From a virus (Duplodnaviria; Caudoviricetes), in the IMG/VR virus record IMGVR_UViG_3300015164_000001, positions 1 to 56,246 of that record: DNA of 56,246 nt; one strand, given 5' to 3'. Both the position numbers and the translations under genes were made by a program. Under the pieces are notes generated by a model, which was given only the letters and a program-made list of their open reading frames with translations, was not told the origin of the DNA and made no database searches. Shown here piece after piece: positions 18,244 through 28,225 of the stretch (its first letter is position 1; each line of letters starts with the position of its first letter).

Positions 18244-18701
18244 CCAACCGCATCGAGACCGAGGGCGAGCACATCCTGAGCGTGTGCATCGCGGCCATGA
18301 CCGCGGCGGGGGTGGACCTGCCCAAGCGCCAGTACTTCTCGCCCTGCCCGCCCATCGCCGAATGCGACCAGCTCGTCGTGTGGTTGTCGCGGATCTTCTT
18401 CGGCTCCCCCGGCGCCGAGCAGGCCGCATCTGCTCACCTGCAAGGGCCGCGCTCGTGCGAGTTCGGAGTCGTCGTGTACCAATGCCTTCCGACGCCAACC
18501 GCTCAGGGTCGTCCGCCATCCGGATCGGCATGGGGGAAGGCGGCCATGCTCCTCACTGACCAAACCGCGGCGCTGTACCTCGGGCTCATGGCCGATGTGG
18601 TGGCGCGCGGGTGTCGGGAGTACGCGGTGGGCGTCCTGACGACGCTGGCCGATGAAGGCGGGCTCGGCGGATTCGCCACGGTCTACCAATCCGCGCTCTG
18701 A
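18240..18701 (+). CDS. Tail terminator/completion protein
   Basis: Position after the adaptor; LP.RQY, CDQL.V, EGG.GG. Confidence 0.6.
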   Translation: MTNRIETEGEHILSVCIAAMTAAGVDLPKRQYFSPCPPIAECDQLVVWLSRIFFGSPGAEQAASAHLQGPRSCEFGVVVYQCLPTPTAQGRPPSGSAWGKAAMLLTDQTAALYLGLMADVVARGCREYAVGVLTTLADEGGLGGFATVYQSAL

Positions 18702-18723
18702 GCGGCGTTGTACGCTCGCCCCT

Positions 18724-19131
18724 GTGGCGAAGGTGACGATCAACAAGGGCGCGCTGAACCAGGTCCTCTACGGCTCGGGCGGGCCGGTCTATCGCCACAT
18801 CGCCGAGAGCGGCCTCCGCGTGCAGCAGGAGGCGCGACGACTGGTGTCGGGGCCGCTGCTCAACGTCCGCACCGGACGGGGCCGAGCGGGCATCGTGAGC
18901 CGTATGGGCGTCAACGGGCGCGGCCCGGTGGCGACCATCTCCACGTCGCCGGAGACGGGCTACATGGCCGCGCTGCACGAGGGGACCCGGCCCCACATCA
19001 TCACCCCGAAGAACGCCCGGGTGCTGGCCTTTAAGGTCGGCGGGAAGCAAGTCTTCGCGCAGATCGCTCACCATCCGGGCACAACCCCGCGGCGCTTCCT
19101 GTTGGAAGCGGCCAAGATCCTACGGAGGTAA
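18724..19131 (+). CDS. Neck protein (HK97 gp10-like)
   Basis: RTGR...I, HEGTRPH.I.P, HPGT.P..FL; TACGCT at 18711 with leaderless GTG. Confidence 0.75.
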   Translation: MAKVTINKGALNQVLYGSGGPVYRHIAESGLRVQQEARRLVSGPLLNVRTGRGRAGIVSRMGVNGRGPVATISTSPETGYMAALHEGTRPHIITPKNARVLAFKVGGKQVFAQIAHHPGTTPRRFLLEAAKILRR

Positions 19132-19135
19132 TCGC

Positions 19136-19546
19136 TTGCCCAAGTTCCACATCGACCTGTCGGACGGCAGCCCGAACCCCAATGACCCGATCGAGGTGGA
19201 GTTCGACGACTCCACCTTCATCTGCCAGGACCGCCAACCGGCGGTAGCCATCGCGGACTACACCATCATCCCGGCCAAGACCGCGGCCACCATCGCCTTC
19301 ATCCGCCGCTGCATCCGCCCAGAGGACACCGAGCGTTTCGACGCGCTGCTGGCCGACAAGGACCGCGTGGTCGAGGCCGAACATCTCGATCAGGTAATGG
19401 GCTGGCTCTTGGAGACGTATACCAACCGCCCTACCGTGCGGCCCTCGGACTCATCCGATGGGTCGCCGAAGAGTGGGAGTTCCTCCGGGGACACTTCGAC
19501 CTCGAAGGTATCGACCCCAGTGCGCTTGATGGCCGAAGGCTCCTGA
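19136..19546 (+). CDS. Tail assembly chaperone (G)
   Basis: Precedes the tape measure gene; Y.NRPT followed by a Ser-rich tail. Confidence 0.75.
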   Translation: MPKFHIDLSDGSPNPNDPIEVEFDDSTFICQDRQPAVAIADYTIIPAKTAATIAFIRRCIRPEDTERFDALLADKDRVVEAEHLDQVMGWLLETYTNRPTVRPSDSSDGSPKSGSSSGDTSTSKVSTPVRLMAEGS

Positions 19547-19734
19547 ACATCTCCTACGCCCTACTCACGCGCAACATGACACCCGCGGAGCGGTACGCGC
19601 TCGACGAGCGGCTCGCGGCAGAACCGACGCCGCCCAAGTTCGGGGCGGATTGGGGCGCGAACGACGACGCGCAGGCGGGCCAGGACGCGGCCCTAGCCAT
19701 GCTCGGTATCTCGCTCGAGGAACTTCCCGCATGA
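19429..19734 (+). CDS. Tail assembly chaperone T portion (-1 frameshift product)
   Basis: Open -1 frame from CGCCCTAC (19427) reading PYRAALGLIRWVAEEW...ELPA; its TGA overlaps the tape measure ATG. Confidence 0.7.
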   Translation, partial: PYRAALGLIRWVAEEWEFLRGHFDLEGIDPSALDGRRLLNISYALLTRNMTPAERYALDERLAAEPTPPKFGADWGANDDAQAGQDAALAMLGISLEELPA

Positions 19735-21689
19735 CGATCGTGGGCGTCGTCGAGCTCCAGGTCCAGGCGATCACCGAGCAACTGGAGAAGGAACTCACAT
19801 CCAAGCTCAAGAGCGCGGCGGCGAAGGCCGAGAGCGTGGCGAAGATCAAGCCGCAGGTGGAGACCAAAGAGGCCGAGGGCGCGTTCGCCAAGTTCGGCTC
19901 GTTCATCCAGGGTCATCTCAGCTCTTTCGCCGGCAAGTCCAACGTTGCATCCCAGGCATTGGGCGAATTGGAGAAGGCGGGAATCGGCGCAGGAGCCGCT
20001 ATCGGCGCATCGTTCGGTGGGGTGGCGCTCGCCGCGGTGGCGAAGTTCGCCGAGGTCGGGATCAAGAACTTCCTCGACCTGACAGGCGAGATTCGCCGGT
20101 TCAAGACGGTGACCGGCTCGACGGCGGAGACGGCATCGTCGTTCGTGGTCGCGCTGCACGACCTTGGCGTGGAACCCGACGCGGTGGCGAAGGGGTTCTT
20201 CAAGCTGTCCAAGGAGATCGCCGCGGGCAAGGGAACGCTGGCCGACTTCGGGATCGAGACCGCCCGCAACAAGGACGGCAACATCGATCTCACCAAGACG
20301 TTCCTGAACATCGCCGATGCGGTCCACAAGGAATCCGACGCCACGGTGCGCAACGAGATCGTCTTCAAGGCGTTTGGCCGCGCCGGCCTTGGGTTGCTGC
20401 CCATCCTGTCCAAGGGCTCGGAGGAACTCGGAAAGTATCTGAAGCTCGCGCAGGAGCGTCACGAGTTGTTCAGCGACAAGGACCTCAAGACAGCGCGCGA
20501 CTTTGGGATCACCCAGCGCGAATTGAAGGGCTCGGTCGAAGCTCTGTCCATCGCCTTCGCCAAAGACCTGGTGCCGACCCTGGCGAAGGTGCTCGGTGGC
20601 GTGACTGTGGTGATCGACAAGGCCAACGACCTCACGTCGGCGGTCGGCGGTCTCTCCGGTGTGTTCAAGGTCGTCGCCTTCGCGGCCACGAGCGGGTTCT
20701 CTTCTGCGCTGGAGAAACTGGGCAAATCCCACGCCGATACACAGAAGCGGGCGGCCGAGTTGGACAGCCAACTCAAGGAGGAACGCCAGACGCTGGAGGA
20801 GGGGACCAAGGCGGCGGCGGACAACGCCAAGGCCATCGACGACATCCAGAACGCCCAGGTGGCGCTCATCGACACCCAGTTCCGCTATGAGCGCGCTCAG
20901 CGTGGACTACAGAAGGCCACCGAGGCGGTAGCCACGGCCACCAAGGACGCCCTGACGGCAATCCATGACCACGGCATCGCATCCACCGAGGCCCACGACG
21001 CCGACGTGAAGCTCAAGGATGCGCAATTGGGCGTGACCGAATCCGCGGTCGCCCAGGCCAAAGCGGCGGCGGATCTCAAGGTGGAACAGGACGCGGCGAA
21101 CGGGATCATCGACGACGCTGCCACGAAGAACAAGCTCCTGAAAGATGAGCTCCTGAAGTTGGCGGGCACCCTTGCTCCCAATGATCCCCTACGGGCGCGC
21201 ATCCTCGGATTCGCGAACGAGATCAAAGACGCCACGGCGAACCGGGATATCTCCATCACCATCGCCGATGAGGAGGCGCGCAGCCAGTTCAATCGCCTGG
21301 AGCACGACATCAAACAGCCGATCTCGGTGCCGATCGAGTTCTCGATCAGACAGATAGCCGAAGTCAGCCAAGCGTTCCTGGCGAACCATCCCGAGTTCGT
21401 CCGTAGGGCCGAAGGCGGAGACGTGCGCAAGGGTCAGCCGGTGATCGTCGGCGAGAAGCGCCCTGAGTTGTTCATCCCCGACTCGAATGGGCGCATCATT
21501 CCCTCGGTGCCGACCGGGACCAACAGCGGCACGCCACTATCGCCCACCATCACCATCAATGCCTCCTTCGGACCGGGGACCAACGCCGATGACTTCTGGC
21601 GAGAGATGGAGAACATCGCCGAGGGACGGGTGCAGGCCTTCGCGCAGAAGGTGACCGCGGGACGCCTCGCCGGAGTGGGGACGCGATGA
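19731..21689 (+). CDS. Tape measure protein
   Basis: Long Ala/Lys-rich helical ORF after the chaperones; C-terminal GG.V..GQP.IVGEKRPELF.P. Confidence 0.9.
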   Translation: MTIVGVVELQVQAITEQLEKELTSKLKSAAAKAESVAKIKPQVETKEAEGAFAKFGSFIQGHLSSFAGKSNVASQALGELEKAGIGAGAAIGASFGGVALAAVAKFAEVGIKNFLDLTGEIRRFKTVTGSTAETASSFVVALHDLGVEPDAVAKGFFKLSKEIAAGKGTLADFGIETARNKDGNIDLTKTFLNIADAVHKESDATVRNEIVFKAFGRAGLGLLPILSKGSEELGKYLKLAQERHELFSDKDLKTARDFGITQRELKGSVEALSIAFAKDLVPTLAKVLGGVTVVIDKANDLTSAVGGLSGVFKVVAFAATSGFSSALEKLGKSHADTQKRAAELDSQLKEERQTLEEGTKAAADNAKAIDDIQNAQVALIDTQFRYERAQRGLQKATEAVATATKDALTAIHDHGIASTEAHDADVKLKDAQLGVTESAVAQAKAAADLKVEQDAANGIIDDAATKNKLLKDELLKLAGTLAPNDPLRARILGFANEIKDATANRDISITIADEEARSQFNRLEHDIKQPISVPIEFSIRQIAEVSQAFLANHPEFVRRAEGGDVRKGQPVIVGEKRPELFIPDSNGRIIPSVPTGTNSGTPLSPTITINASFGPGTNADDFWREMENIAEGRVQAFAQKVTAGRLAGVGTR

Positions 21690-23569
21690 CCCTTCACCTG
21701 TTGCGACCAACCGGGTCGACCGGCCTCGTCGGCTGGACGTTGGTGGGTGCGGCTAACGCTGTCGCTGCATTGAGTGACGCCTCCGACGCGTCCTACGTCA
21801 GCGCCGGTGTCGGTGCCCAGAGCTATCTGACGATCGCACTGGAGGATGCAACGGACGGGATGATCCCGCCCTCCGCGCAGGTCCGGTTCGTGCTGGAGCG
21901 GTATCGGATCAGGCGCGCTGCAGGCGGGACGGTTCTAGGCGGGTCCCTGCGACTCGGTACTTCGCTTGTCCCATCCGCCGTCATCCCGGTCACAGCAGCC
22001 TTCGTCACTTACGCGGGTTCGGCAGCATTGTCGGCTGCTCCCGATGGTGGGGCGTGGTCCAACCGCCACGACGGCACCTACAGCGGCAACGGCGTAATCA
22101 ATGCCTTGGAGGCGCTGCTAGTTCGCGATCCGAACGCCTTGGACGCGCAATTCGCAGAGGTAGACCTCGTGGTGTCGGTGAACGAGGCGCCGAACAGCAC
22201 CCGGGCTCCTGCCGATGTGGTGACCACGAGCGGCTCGTTGAACATTACGAGTGCACGCGAGGCCGCCTTCCGTGCTGATGACGTGGGGAAGCCGATCACT
22301 GGAGTAGGAATCCCTGCTGGATCGACGATCGCCACCGTCACGCCCGCGTCTGATCCATCGCGGGCATCTTCTGCCACTCTCTCGGCTGGTCACGCAGCAA
22401 CCGCATCGGGCACGATCACCGCCACCATTGGCGTCCTGACCTGGATCACCGGCCCGGCTGATCCGGACACGACCACCAGTCGCCCGACCGTCTCGTGGAC
22501 ATATACCGACCCTGAGGGAGATATTCAGGAGCGATACCGGGTCAAGATATTCTCCGCCGCCCAGTACAACGCACCCGGGTTTCTGCCATGGGGTTCCACC
22601 AGTGCGACCGGGGTCAGCACGCCGGCATCGGCATCGACGTGGGACTCGGGCGAGGTGCTGAGCGCGGCGACCTCGGCTGTGGTCGGGGTCGATCTGACGA
22701 ACGGTGTGACCTATCGGGCATATGTAGCCGTGGCCGACGCCGGGAGCGGGGGGCGCTACAACGTCAGCCCCGACTACGCCACTGCATCGTTGCAGACCTA
22801 TCAGCAGTTCACGATGGCACTGACGCCACCGCCCAATCCCACCCTCATCGCCGCTCCCGACACCGCCAACGCGCGGGTGGTGCTGACGATCACGGCTGGG
22901 GCCGGGAATCCGACGACCGAATACTTCATCGTGGAGCGCAGTGACGACGGCGGAATGACCTGGGTTTATGTTCGGGGCGGCAAGATGCTGACCAACCCGG
23001 CATCCGGAACCGCGCCGCAGACCCTCTACGACTACGAAGCACCGCGCGATACCTCCCTCCTCTACCGCGCCCGCTCGGTCGACACCGGGACGGGACAGGT
23101 TGTCGCCTCGGGCGAAACCCAGGCCGGACCCCTCACCCTCAGTCCGAGCACCGACTCCTCGGCGTGCGTGTCCTGGCTCAAGTCGGCCAGCAACCCGGCG
23201 CTGACCATGGTCGTCATTCACGCCGATACCCGCTTCGAGAGCCGATCATCGGAGAACTCCACGGCCTATGAGACCGAAGGCCGGGCCGATCCCATCATCC
23301 ACGCCGGGACGGTGCGGAGCGAGAGCTTCAACGCTCTCTCGTTCAAGTTCGACACCGATGCCCAATGGCACGCCTTCGAGGCCCTGCGCGCGTTGAAAGA
23401 ACCGCTCCTGTTCCAAACGGCCTTCGGCGACAACGGACTGGAGCAGTATTGGGTCAGGCTCGGACCGGACCGCTCGGTGATCCGCATGTCGTCGAATCGG
23501 ATGCACAACTCACAGGACCGCCAAGTCACCGTGCCCGCCCGCGAGGTCCGTCGCCCGACGGTGACCTAG
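21686..23569 (+). CDS. Minor tail protein
   Basis: Follows tape measure; FN3-like segments, DYEAP motif. Confidence 0.75.
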   Translation: MTLHLLRPTGSTGLVGWTLVGAANAVAALSDASDASYVSAGVGAQSYLTIALEDATDGMIPPSAQVRFVLERYRIRRAAGGTVLGGSLRLGTSLVPSAVIPVTAAFVTYAGSAALSAAPDGGAWSNRHDGTYSGNGVINALEALLVRDPNALDAQFAEVDLVVSVNEAPNSTRAPADVVTTSGSLNITSAREAAFRADDVGKPITGVGIPAGSTIATVTPASDPSRASSATLSAGHAATASGTITATIGVLTWITGPADPDTTTSRPTVSWTYTDPEGDIQERYRVKIFSAAQYNAPGFLPWGSTSATGVSTPASASTWDSGEVLSAATSAVVGVDLTNGVTYRAYVAVADAGSGGRYNVSPDYATASLQTYQQFTMALTPPPNPTLIAAPDTANARVVLTITAGAGNPTTEYFIVERSDDGGMTWVYVRGGKMLTNPASGTAPQTLYDYEAPRDTSLLYRARSVDTGTGQVVASGETQAGPLTLSPSTDSSACVSWLKSASNPALTMVVIHADTRFESRSSENSTAYETEGRADPIIHAGTVRSESFNALSFKFDTDAQWHAFEALRALKEPLLFQTAFGDNGLEQYWVRLGPDRSVIRMSSNRMHNSQDRQVTVPAREVRRPTVT

Positions 23570-24691
23570 TTGCAATCCCGTAGTACGACCTTCGATCGCG
23601 CTGTCGTGGACGGCGGGCGGCCGTTGGTGACCATCGACGTCTACCGCAACAACCTGGCGGTGGTGCTCAACCTCCCCTTCGTCGGTGATCCCACAATCCA
23701 GGTCGACTCGACGGCCGCCATCCGGCGCTCGGGCACCTTCACCATCGCGGACGAGGACGGGACGCTGACGCCCAAGATGGCATCCGATCACCTCTCCCCG
23801 TTCGGCTCCGAGTTGCGCATCCGCTCGGGCTGGACCTACTCGGACGGAACCACCGAGCAGATCCCCGTCGCAGTCCTGCGGGTCACCGCGGCGGAGACTG
23901 CCGATGTCGGCTCGATCACCCTGACCGCTCAGGACCGCGCCACGGTCGTCACCGAGGCACGCTTCGAGGTCCCGTGGGTCGTGGCCGCGGGCACTGCTCT
24001 CGATGCCGCCATCTACGCCATCGTGGCCCGCACCTTCCCCGGCGTGACGTTCACCGCGGATTCGTCCGCAGCTGGGATCGCCGTCCCCCTGACCGTGTAC
24101 GAAGAGGGTGACCGCAGCGGCAATCCGTGGCAGAACTGTCAGGACCTCGCCGCCGCCTACGGCTATGAGACGTTCTTCGCTCCGGACGGGTCCCTCGTCC
24201 TACGGGTGGTCCCGAACCCACTGACATCGCCCTCCGCGTGGGACTACTCCCCTGGCGCGGATGCGCTCCTCATCGCGGCGGCGAATCAGATGTCGTCCCA
24301 GTCGGCGCGCAACGTGGCGATCGCCATCGGCGAGGGTCCGAACATCGCGGTCCCCATCCGTTCGTCTCGAGAGATCACAGACCCCGCCAGCCCGCTCTAC
24401 CCGCCGTCCTTCGGCTACCGCTCGCCCGTGTTCTTCGCCTCCCCCCTGCTCGACACCCAGGCCAAATGCGATCAGGCGGCTACGTCCCTCCTGCAACGCC
24501 ACGCCGGGGGATCGGAGCTGCTCGGCTTCACCGCCGCGCCCCATGTCGCCCATGACGCGGGGGACGTGGTGCGGGTGGCCGATCCAGTCCTGGCCGGCGG
24601 CGAGGCGTTCGTGGTTCTGCGCTCCTTCGCCATGCCCATCACGTCGCGCGGCGCCGTCACTTACGCGACCAACGCCCGGAGGACCTCGTGA
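23570..24691 (+). CDS. Minor tail/baseplate hub protein (DUF5047-like)
   Basis: VD....IRRSGT, L.PFG.ELRI, F..DG, H.DAGDVV. Confidence 0.75.
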   Translation: MQSRSTTFDRAVVDGGRPLVTIDVYRNNLAVVLNLPFVGDPTIQVDSTAAIRRSGTFTIADEDGTLTPKMASDHLSPFGSELRIRSGWTYSDGTTEQIPVAVLRVTAAETADVGSITLTAQDRATVVTEARFEVPWVVAAGTALDAAIYAIVARTFPGVTFTADSSAAGIAVPLTVYEEGDRSGNPWQNCQDLAAAYGYETFFAPDGSLVLRVVPNPLTSPSAWDYSPGADALLIAAANQMSSQSARNVAIAIGEGPNIAVPIRSSREITDPASPLYPPSFGYRSPVFFASPLLDTQAKCDQAATSLLQRHAGGSELLGFTAAPHVAHDAGDVVRVADPVLAGGEAFVVLRSFAMPITSRGAVTYATNARRTS

Positions 24692-25326
24692 GCGACCTCG
24701 GGGATTTCCTGGCATCGGAGCAGAACCCGAGCGCACCGAGCGTGGCTCGGCGCTTCGGCACGGTGAGCGCGGTCAACGCGGGGCCGCCACAGACGGTAGA
24801 TGTGGTGCTGGCGCTGTCGGGGATAACTCTGCCCGCCGTAGCAATCCTCTCGTCCTACGCGCCGGTGGCGGGGGATGCGGTGGTGGTGGACTTCGTGGAG
24901 AACAAGCCCCTGGCCATCGGCGCGGTCGGCGCAGGGCGAGTGGGCACGCTCGGCTATGCCCAAGTCACCGCCAACCAAGGCGGCATTAGCACTGCGACCG
25001 ATCTGACCGGACTGTTCGTCGCCGTAACCGTGACAGCCGGTCGCCGTATTCGGATCTCGGCCTCCGGCTTGACCGACCGCACGGTCGCTAACGGCACGAA
25101 CAGCTTGCTGATCCAAGAGGGCGCAACTCAACTCCAGGAAATCAACACCCAGCCGCTTTACGGAAACGCCGCTCAGCATTATGGCGCCGTCATCCTCACT
25201 CCGACTGGTGGCGCGCACACCTACAAACTGGCGTTGTTTCGGGTTACCGGCACGGGAACTATCAGCTTGCAAGCGGCCGCGACCTTTCCCGCTTTCATTC
25301 TGGTGGAGGATGTGGGAACCGCCTGA
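24688..25326 (+). CDS. Minor tail protein
   Basis: SY.PV.GD.V N-terminal module; C-terminal ILVEDVG. Confidence 0.7.
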   Translation: MSDLGDFLASEQNPSAPSVARRFGTVSAVNAGPPQTVDVVLALSGITLPAVAILSSYAPVAGDAVVVDFVENKPLAIGAVGAGRVGTLGYAQVTANQGGISTATDLTGLFVAVTVTAGRRIRISASGLTDRTVANGTNSLLIQEGATQLQEINTQPLYGNAAQHYGAVILTPTGGAHTYKLALFRVTGTGTISLQAAATFPAFILVEDVGTA

Positions 25327-25373
25327 GCCGCGGTGGCGGAGAGGCCAACCCGCTGGCGCGGTACGGTGACCGG

Positions 25374-25662
25374 GTGGGCTATTACCTCCTGGACCATCCC
25401 AACCCGCACGCGCCGAAAAAGCCGGACGGGCAGTACTGGGGATATCCGCTCCGCCAGGGGACCGTGCTTGCTATCACCATTCACATAACCGCATCGATCC
25501 AAAGGTTTCTCTCAGCAGGGCGTCGGCGCCCCAAGAGCGAACGACATCAACACTCACACGCACAACTACACCACGTCTACCGATGCGACCAGTGCAGGCT
25601 CCTCTGGCACCGGCGCCAACATGCCCCCGTATCTCGCGCTGCTCCAGATAATCAAGATCTGA
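25374..25662 (+). pseudogene. Chimeric remnant: amidase-like lysin N-terminus joined to a tail-fibre C-terminus
   Basis: MGYYLLDHPNP...ITIHITAS, then in another frame ...HTHNYT...GANMPPYLALLQIIKI-stop at 25662. Confidence 0.6.
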
Positions 25663-25686
25663 GTGCGCAGCGGTTACTCTGCCGCT

Positions 25687-25806
25687 ATGAGCGAAACCAG
25701 CGAACCCGCACCCGAAGAGACGACAGAAGAGGCGGCACCCGTCGAAGAGGTCGATACGCCGGAACCGGACGAAGCCGAGGCTGACTCCGCACCTGATCCC
25801 GAGTAG
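25687..25806 (+). CDS. Small acidic protein (39 aa)
   Basis: TACTCT at 25675, 6 nt before ATG; E/P/D-rich. Confidence 0.5.
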   Translation: MSETSEPAPEETTEEAAPVEEVDTPEPDEAEADSAPDPE

Positions 25807-25809
25807 CTC

Positions 25810-26688
25810 GTGACGCTCCGCGGGCTCGACTACAGCAACGGGCGACCGCGCGCCTCGGCGGTCAAGGCGGCGGGATTCGCAGCGGTGCTCAGGTACCTCT
25901 CCCACACGCCCTACAAGAATCTGACCCTGGCCGAGGCGGGTGACATGATCGCCAACGGCGTTGACGTTGTTGCCGTTTGGGAGACCGTCGCGGACCGCGC
26001 GCTGGCGGGAGCAACCGCGGGCAGCGACGACGGCAAGGCAGCAAAGCGCCAATACGAGACGTGTGGCGCGCCCGCCGAGGCCGCGATCTTCTACGCCGTC
26101 GACTTCGACGCGCAGCCGTCGCAATTCGCTGCCATCCAGCGATATCAGGACGCGTTCTTCGCGGCCATCGCCCCGCATCCGGGCGGCGTCTACGGCTCCT
26201 ACGCCGTCGTCGAGCACTTCGTCGGCACCGGAGCGACCTACGCGTGGCAGACGGTGGCCTGGTCCCACGGCAAGCGCAGCCCGAAGGCGCACATCTTCCA
26301 GATGACCGGCTACGTCACCGTCGACGGCGTGACGTGTGACCGCAACGAACTGACCGCCCCCTATGGCGGCTGGGCCGGAGTCGCGCCCCCGCCGCCTGCC
26401 CCGCCCGCCCCTGTCCACATGACCATCCAAGGAGTCCCTATGGGCCGCATCACGATCACGATCCCGACCGACGCCGTGGGCGATGGCGATGCCTTCATCT
26501 CCGCGGCCGACAAGTTCGGCGCCATCAGCGGCGCAGGCGTACATGACAAATACGACCCCGCCACCCACGACCCGGACTCGATCGTGGTCCCGATCGGGGC
26601 GCGTGACGACGGAGATCACTTCACGGCGGTGATCGCCCACGGCCCGCCCAACGCGCAGGTGACCACCTGGGCGCTCGTGGCGGACTGA
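25810..26688 (+). CDS. Endolysin, DUF1906/GH25-like glycoside hydrolase
   Basis: GLDYS, VLRYLS, IFYAVDFD, GVYG, WQTVAWS, CDRN; Pro-rich linker. Confidence 0.85.
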   Translation: MTLRGLDYSNGRPRASAVKAAGFAAVLRYLSHTPYKNLTLAEAGDMIANGVDVVAVWETVADRALAGATAGSDDGKAAKRQYETCGAPAEAAIFYAVDFDAQPSQFAAIQRYQDAFFAAIAPHPGGVYGSYAVVEHFVGTGATYAWQTVAWSHGKRSPKAHIFQMTGYVTVDGVTCDRNELTAPYGGWAGVAPPPPAPPAPVHMTIQGVPMGRITITIPTDAVGDGDAFISAADKFGAISGAGVHDKYDPATHDPDSIVVPIGARDDGDHFTAVIAHGPPNAQVTTWALVAD

Positions 26689-27077
26689 TGTGGGCTGTCA
26701 TCACGCTGACCACCACCCAGGCATGGGTCGGTCTCATAGCCACCGTCTGCGGCATCCTCGCGTTTCTGGGTAAGAGTGTCGTCGGGAGATTCATGATCCG
26801 CCAACTCATCACCGACCCGATCAACGACAGCCTCGACAAGAAGCTCTACCCACTCGTACAGGCCACCGTGGCGGCCCAAGGCGCGGCGGAAGCGGCCAAG
26901 CGGGCATCGGCGGCCGCGCAGGACGCGGCAGCGGAGACACACCGGGGCATCGCCAACCTCGACGTGCGGATTGCCCGCCTCGAAGCCGACTCCATGCCCG
27001 ATAATGGAGGCTCGACGCGTGACCTGCTCGAACGAATCGCCGCGTCTGTAGGCGCCGACCCGAAGCCCTCGAACTAA
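26688..27077 (+). CDS. Membrane protein in lysis cassette
   Basis: N-terminal TM helix, coiled coil, NGGS.RD motif. Confidence 0.7.
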   Translation: MWAVITLTTTQAWVGLIATVCGILAFLGKSVVGRFMIRQLITDPINDSLDKKLYPLVQATVAAQGAAEAAKRASAAAQDAAAETHRGIANLDVRIARLEADSMPDNGGSTRDLLERIAASVGADPKPSN

Positions 27078-27090
27078 GGAGTCCTCCTAA

Positions 27091-27243
27091 ATGTCCCAAC
27101 TCCGCCTCGTCCTCGCCATTCTCGCCATCCTCTGTGGGCTCGGCGTTCTTTTCGTTGCGTTGAAGACCAACGACGTGAAAGTTCTCGCGGTCGGGCTCAT
27201 CCTGGCCGCGGTAGCGATCATCGTGGACCGCTCCGCTCCGTGA
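27091..27243 (+). CDS. Small two-TM membrane protein
   Basis: TAAGGAG SD; MSQLRLVLAILAILCGLGVLFVAL... Confidence 0.6.
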   Translation: MSQLRLVLAILAILCGLGVLFVALKTNDVKVLAVGLILAAVAIIVDRSAP

Positions 27244-27716
27244 CCCAACGGCCGCGCTCCCGCCACGTCATCGCGGCCGGCGCGTTCGTTGTCGCCTCCT
27301 CCGTTGGTGCAGCCGCGGTCTCCATGCATCACGGGCCGGCGCCGGTGCTCGCCACCATCCCCGGCGCGCTGAATCCCGACGTGACCCAGAGCAATGTGGG
27401 CGTGACCATCTGCGTCCCGAACTGGACCGCATCGGTCCGCCCATCATCGGGCTACACGTCCTCGCTCAAACAGCAGCAGATGGCCGACCTCGGCTACCGC
27501 GACCGCGACCCGAGTCATTTTGAGGAGGATCATCTCGTCCCGCTCGGTGCTGGCGGCCAGCCGACCGCGCCATCGAATCTGTGGCCCCAACCACGAGGTC
27601 AGGCCAAGCGCGACGACCCGCTCGAGACCAAGATCCAGCGGGCCATCTGCGCCGGCCAGATCACCTTGGCGGAGGGCCAGCGCCAGATCACCGACTACAA
27701 ACGCCGTAACGGATAA
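27240..27716 (+). CDS. Exported HNH-like protein
   Basis: Signal-like N-terminus; TIC, EEDHLVPLGAGG...NLWPQ, C.G.I.L..GQ..I. Confidence 0.7.
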   Translation: MTQRPRSRHVIAAGAFVVASSVGAAAVSMHHGPAPVLATIPGALNPDVTQSNVGVTICVPNWTASVRPSSGYTSSLKQQQMADLGYRDRDPSHFEEDHLVPLGAGGQPTAPSNLWPQPRGQAKRDDPLETKIQRAICAGQITLAEGQRQITDYKRRNG

Positions 27717-27728
27717 GGAGCCCCAGCC

Positions 27729-27983
27729 ATGAGCACCAAGCCCGCATCCCTCCTCGCGACCGAGCCCGTCGCCATCATCGGCGCACTCATGGCGTTTCTG
27801 CAGTCGGCGTTCGTCGTGGTGTCCGTGTTCAATATCGTGACCCTCGACGGCCAACAGCAGGCGGCCGTCCAAGGGCTCCTGACGACGGGCCTCGGGCTGA
27901 TCGGCGCGTTCTACGCTCGGGGCAAGTCCGTGTCGCGGGCCACCCTCGACCAGCTCGGCAATGGGGCACCACCCGCGCCGTAG
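27729..27983 (+). CDS. Holin
   Basis: EPV, two TM helices, R..V C-terminus typical of actinophage holins. Confidence 0.7.
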   Translation: MSTKPASLLATEPVAIIGALMAFLQSAFVVVSVFNIVTLDGQQQAAVQGLLTTGLGLIGAFYARGKSVSRATLDQLGNGAPPAP

Positions 27984-27990
27984 GAGGTCC

Positions 27991-28020
27991 TTGACCCTCG
28001 CTAGTCCAGCGCGCTAGAGT
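27991..28020 (+). promoter_or_regulatory. SigA-like promoter with 17-bp motif copy 3
   Basis: TTGACC-N18-TAGAGT, 7 nt before ATG 28028. Confidence 0.85.
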
Positions 28021-28027
28021 GGCGCCT

Positions 28028-28225
28028 ATGACAACGACCAGCATCCCTTACGAGGACCTCGCCCAGTTCCAACGGGCGCCCGAGGACCAGCCCGTCCACT
28101 TCGAGTGCGTCCGCTGCCAGGACGGCATAGCCCGCGAGGACGCCGCGCAAGGCTCCGATGGCGTCCTGTGCCCGCGGTGCGCCGAGCACGAGATCCGCGC
28201 CGGTGGACGCGTGTCGTTCCGATGA
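28028..28225 (+). CDS. Small CxxC zinc-ribbon protein
   Basis: CVRC...CPRC; leaderless start. Confidence 0.6.
   Translation: MTTTSIPYEDLAQFQRAPEDQPVHFECVRCQDGIAREDAAQGSDGVLCPRCAEHEIRAGGRVSFR

Noticed and set aside
25489-25662. Diversity-generating retroelement template repeat
   Set aside because: No reverse transcriptase and no matching variable repeat in the window
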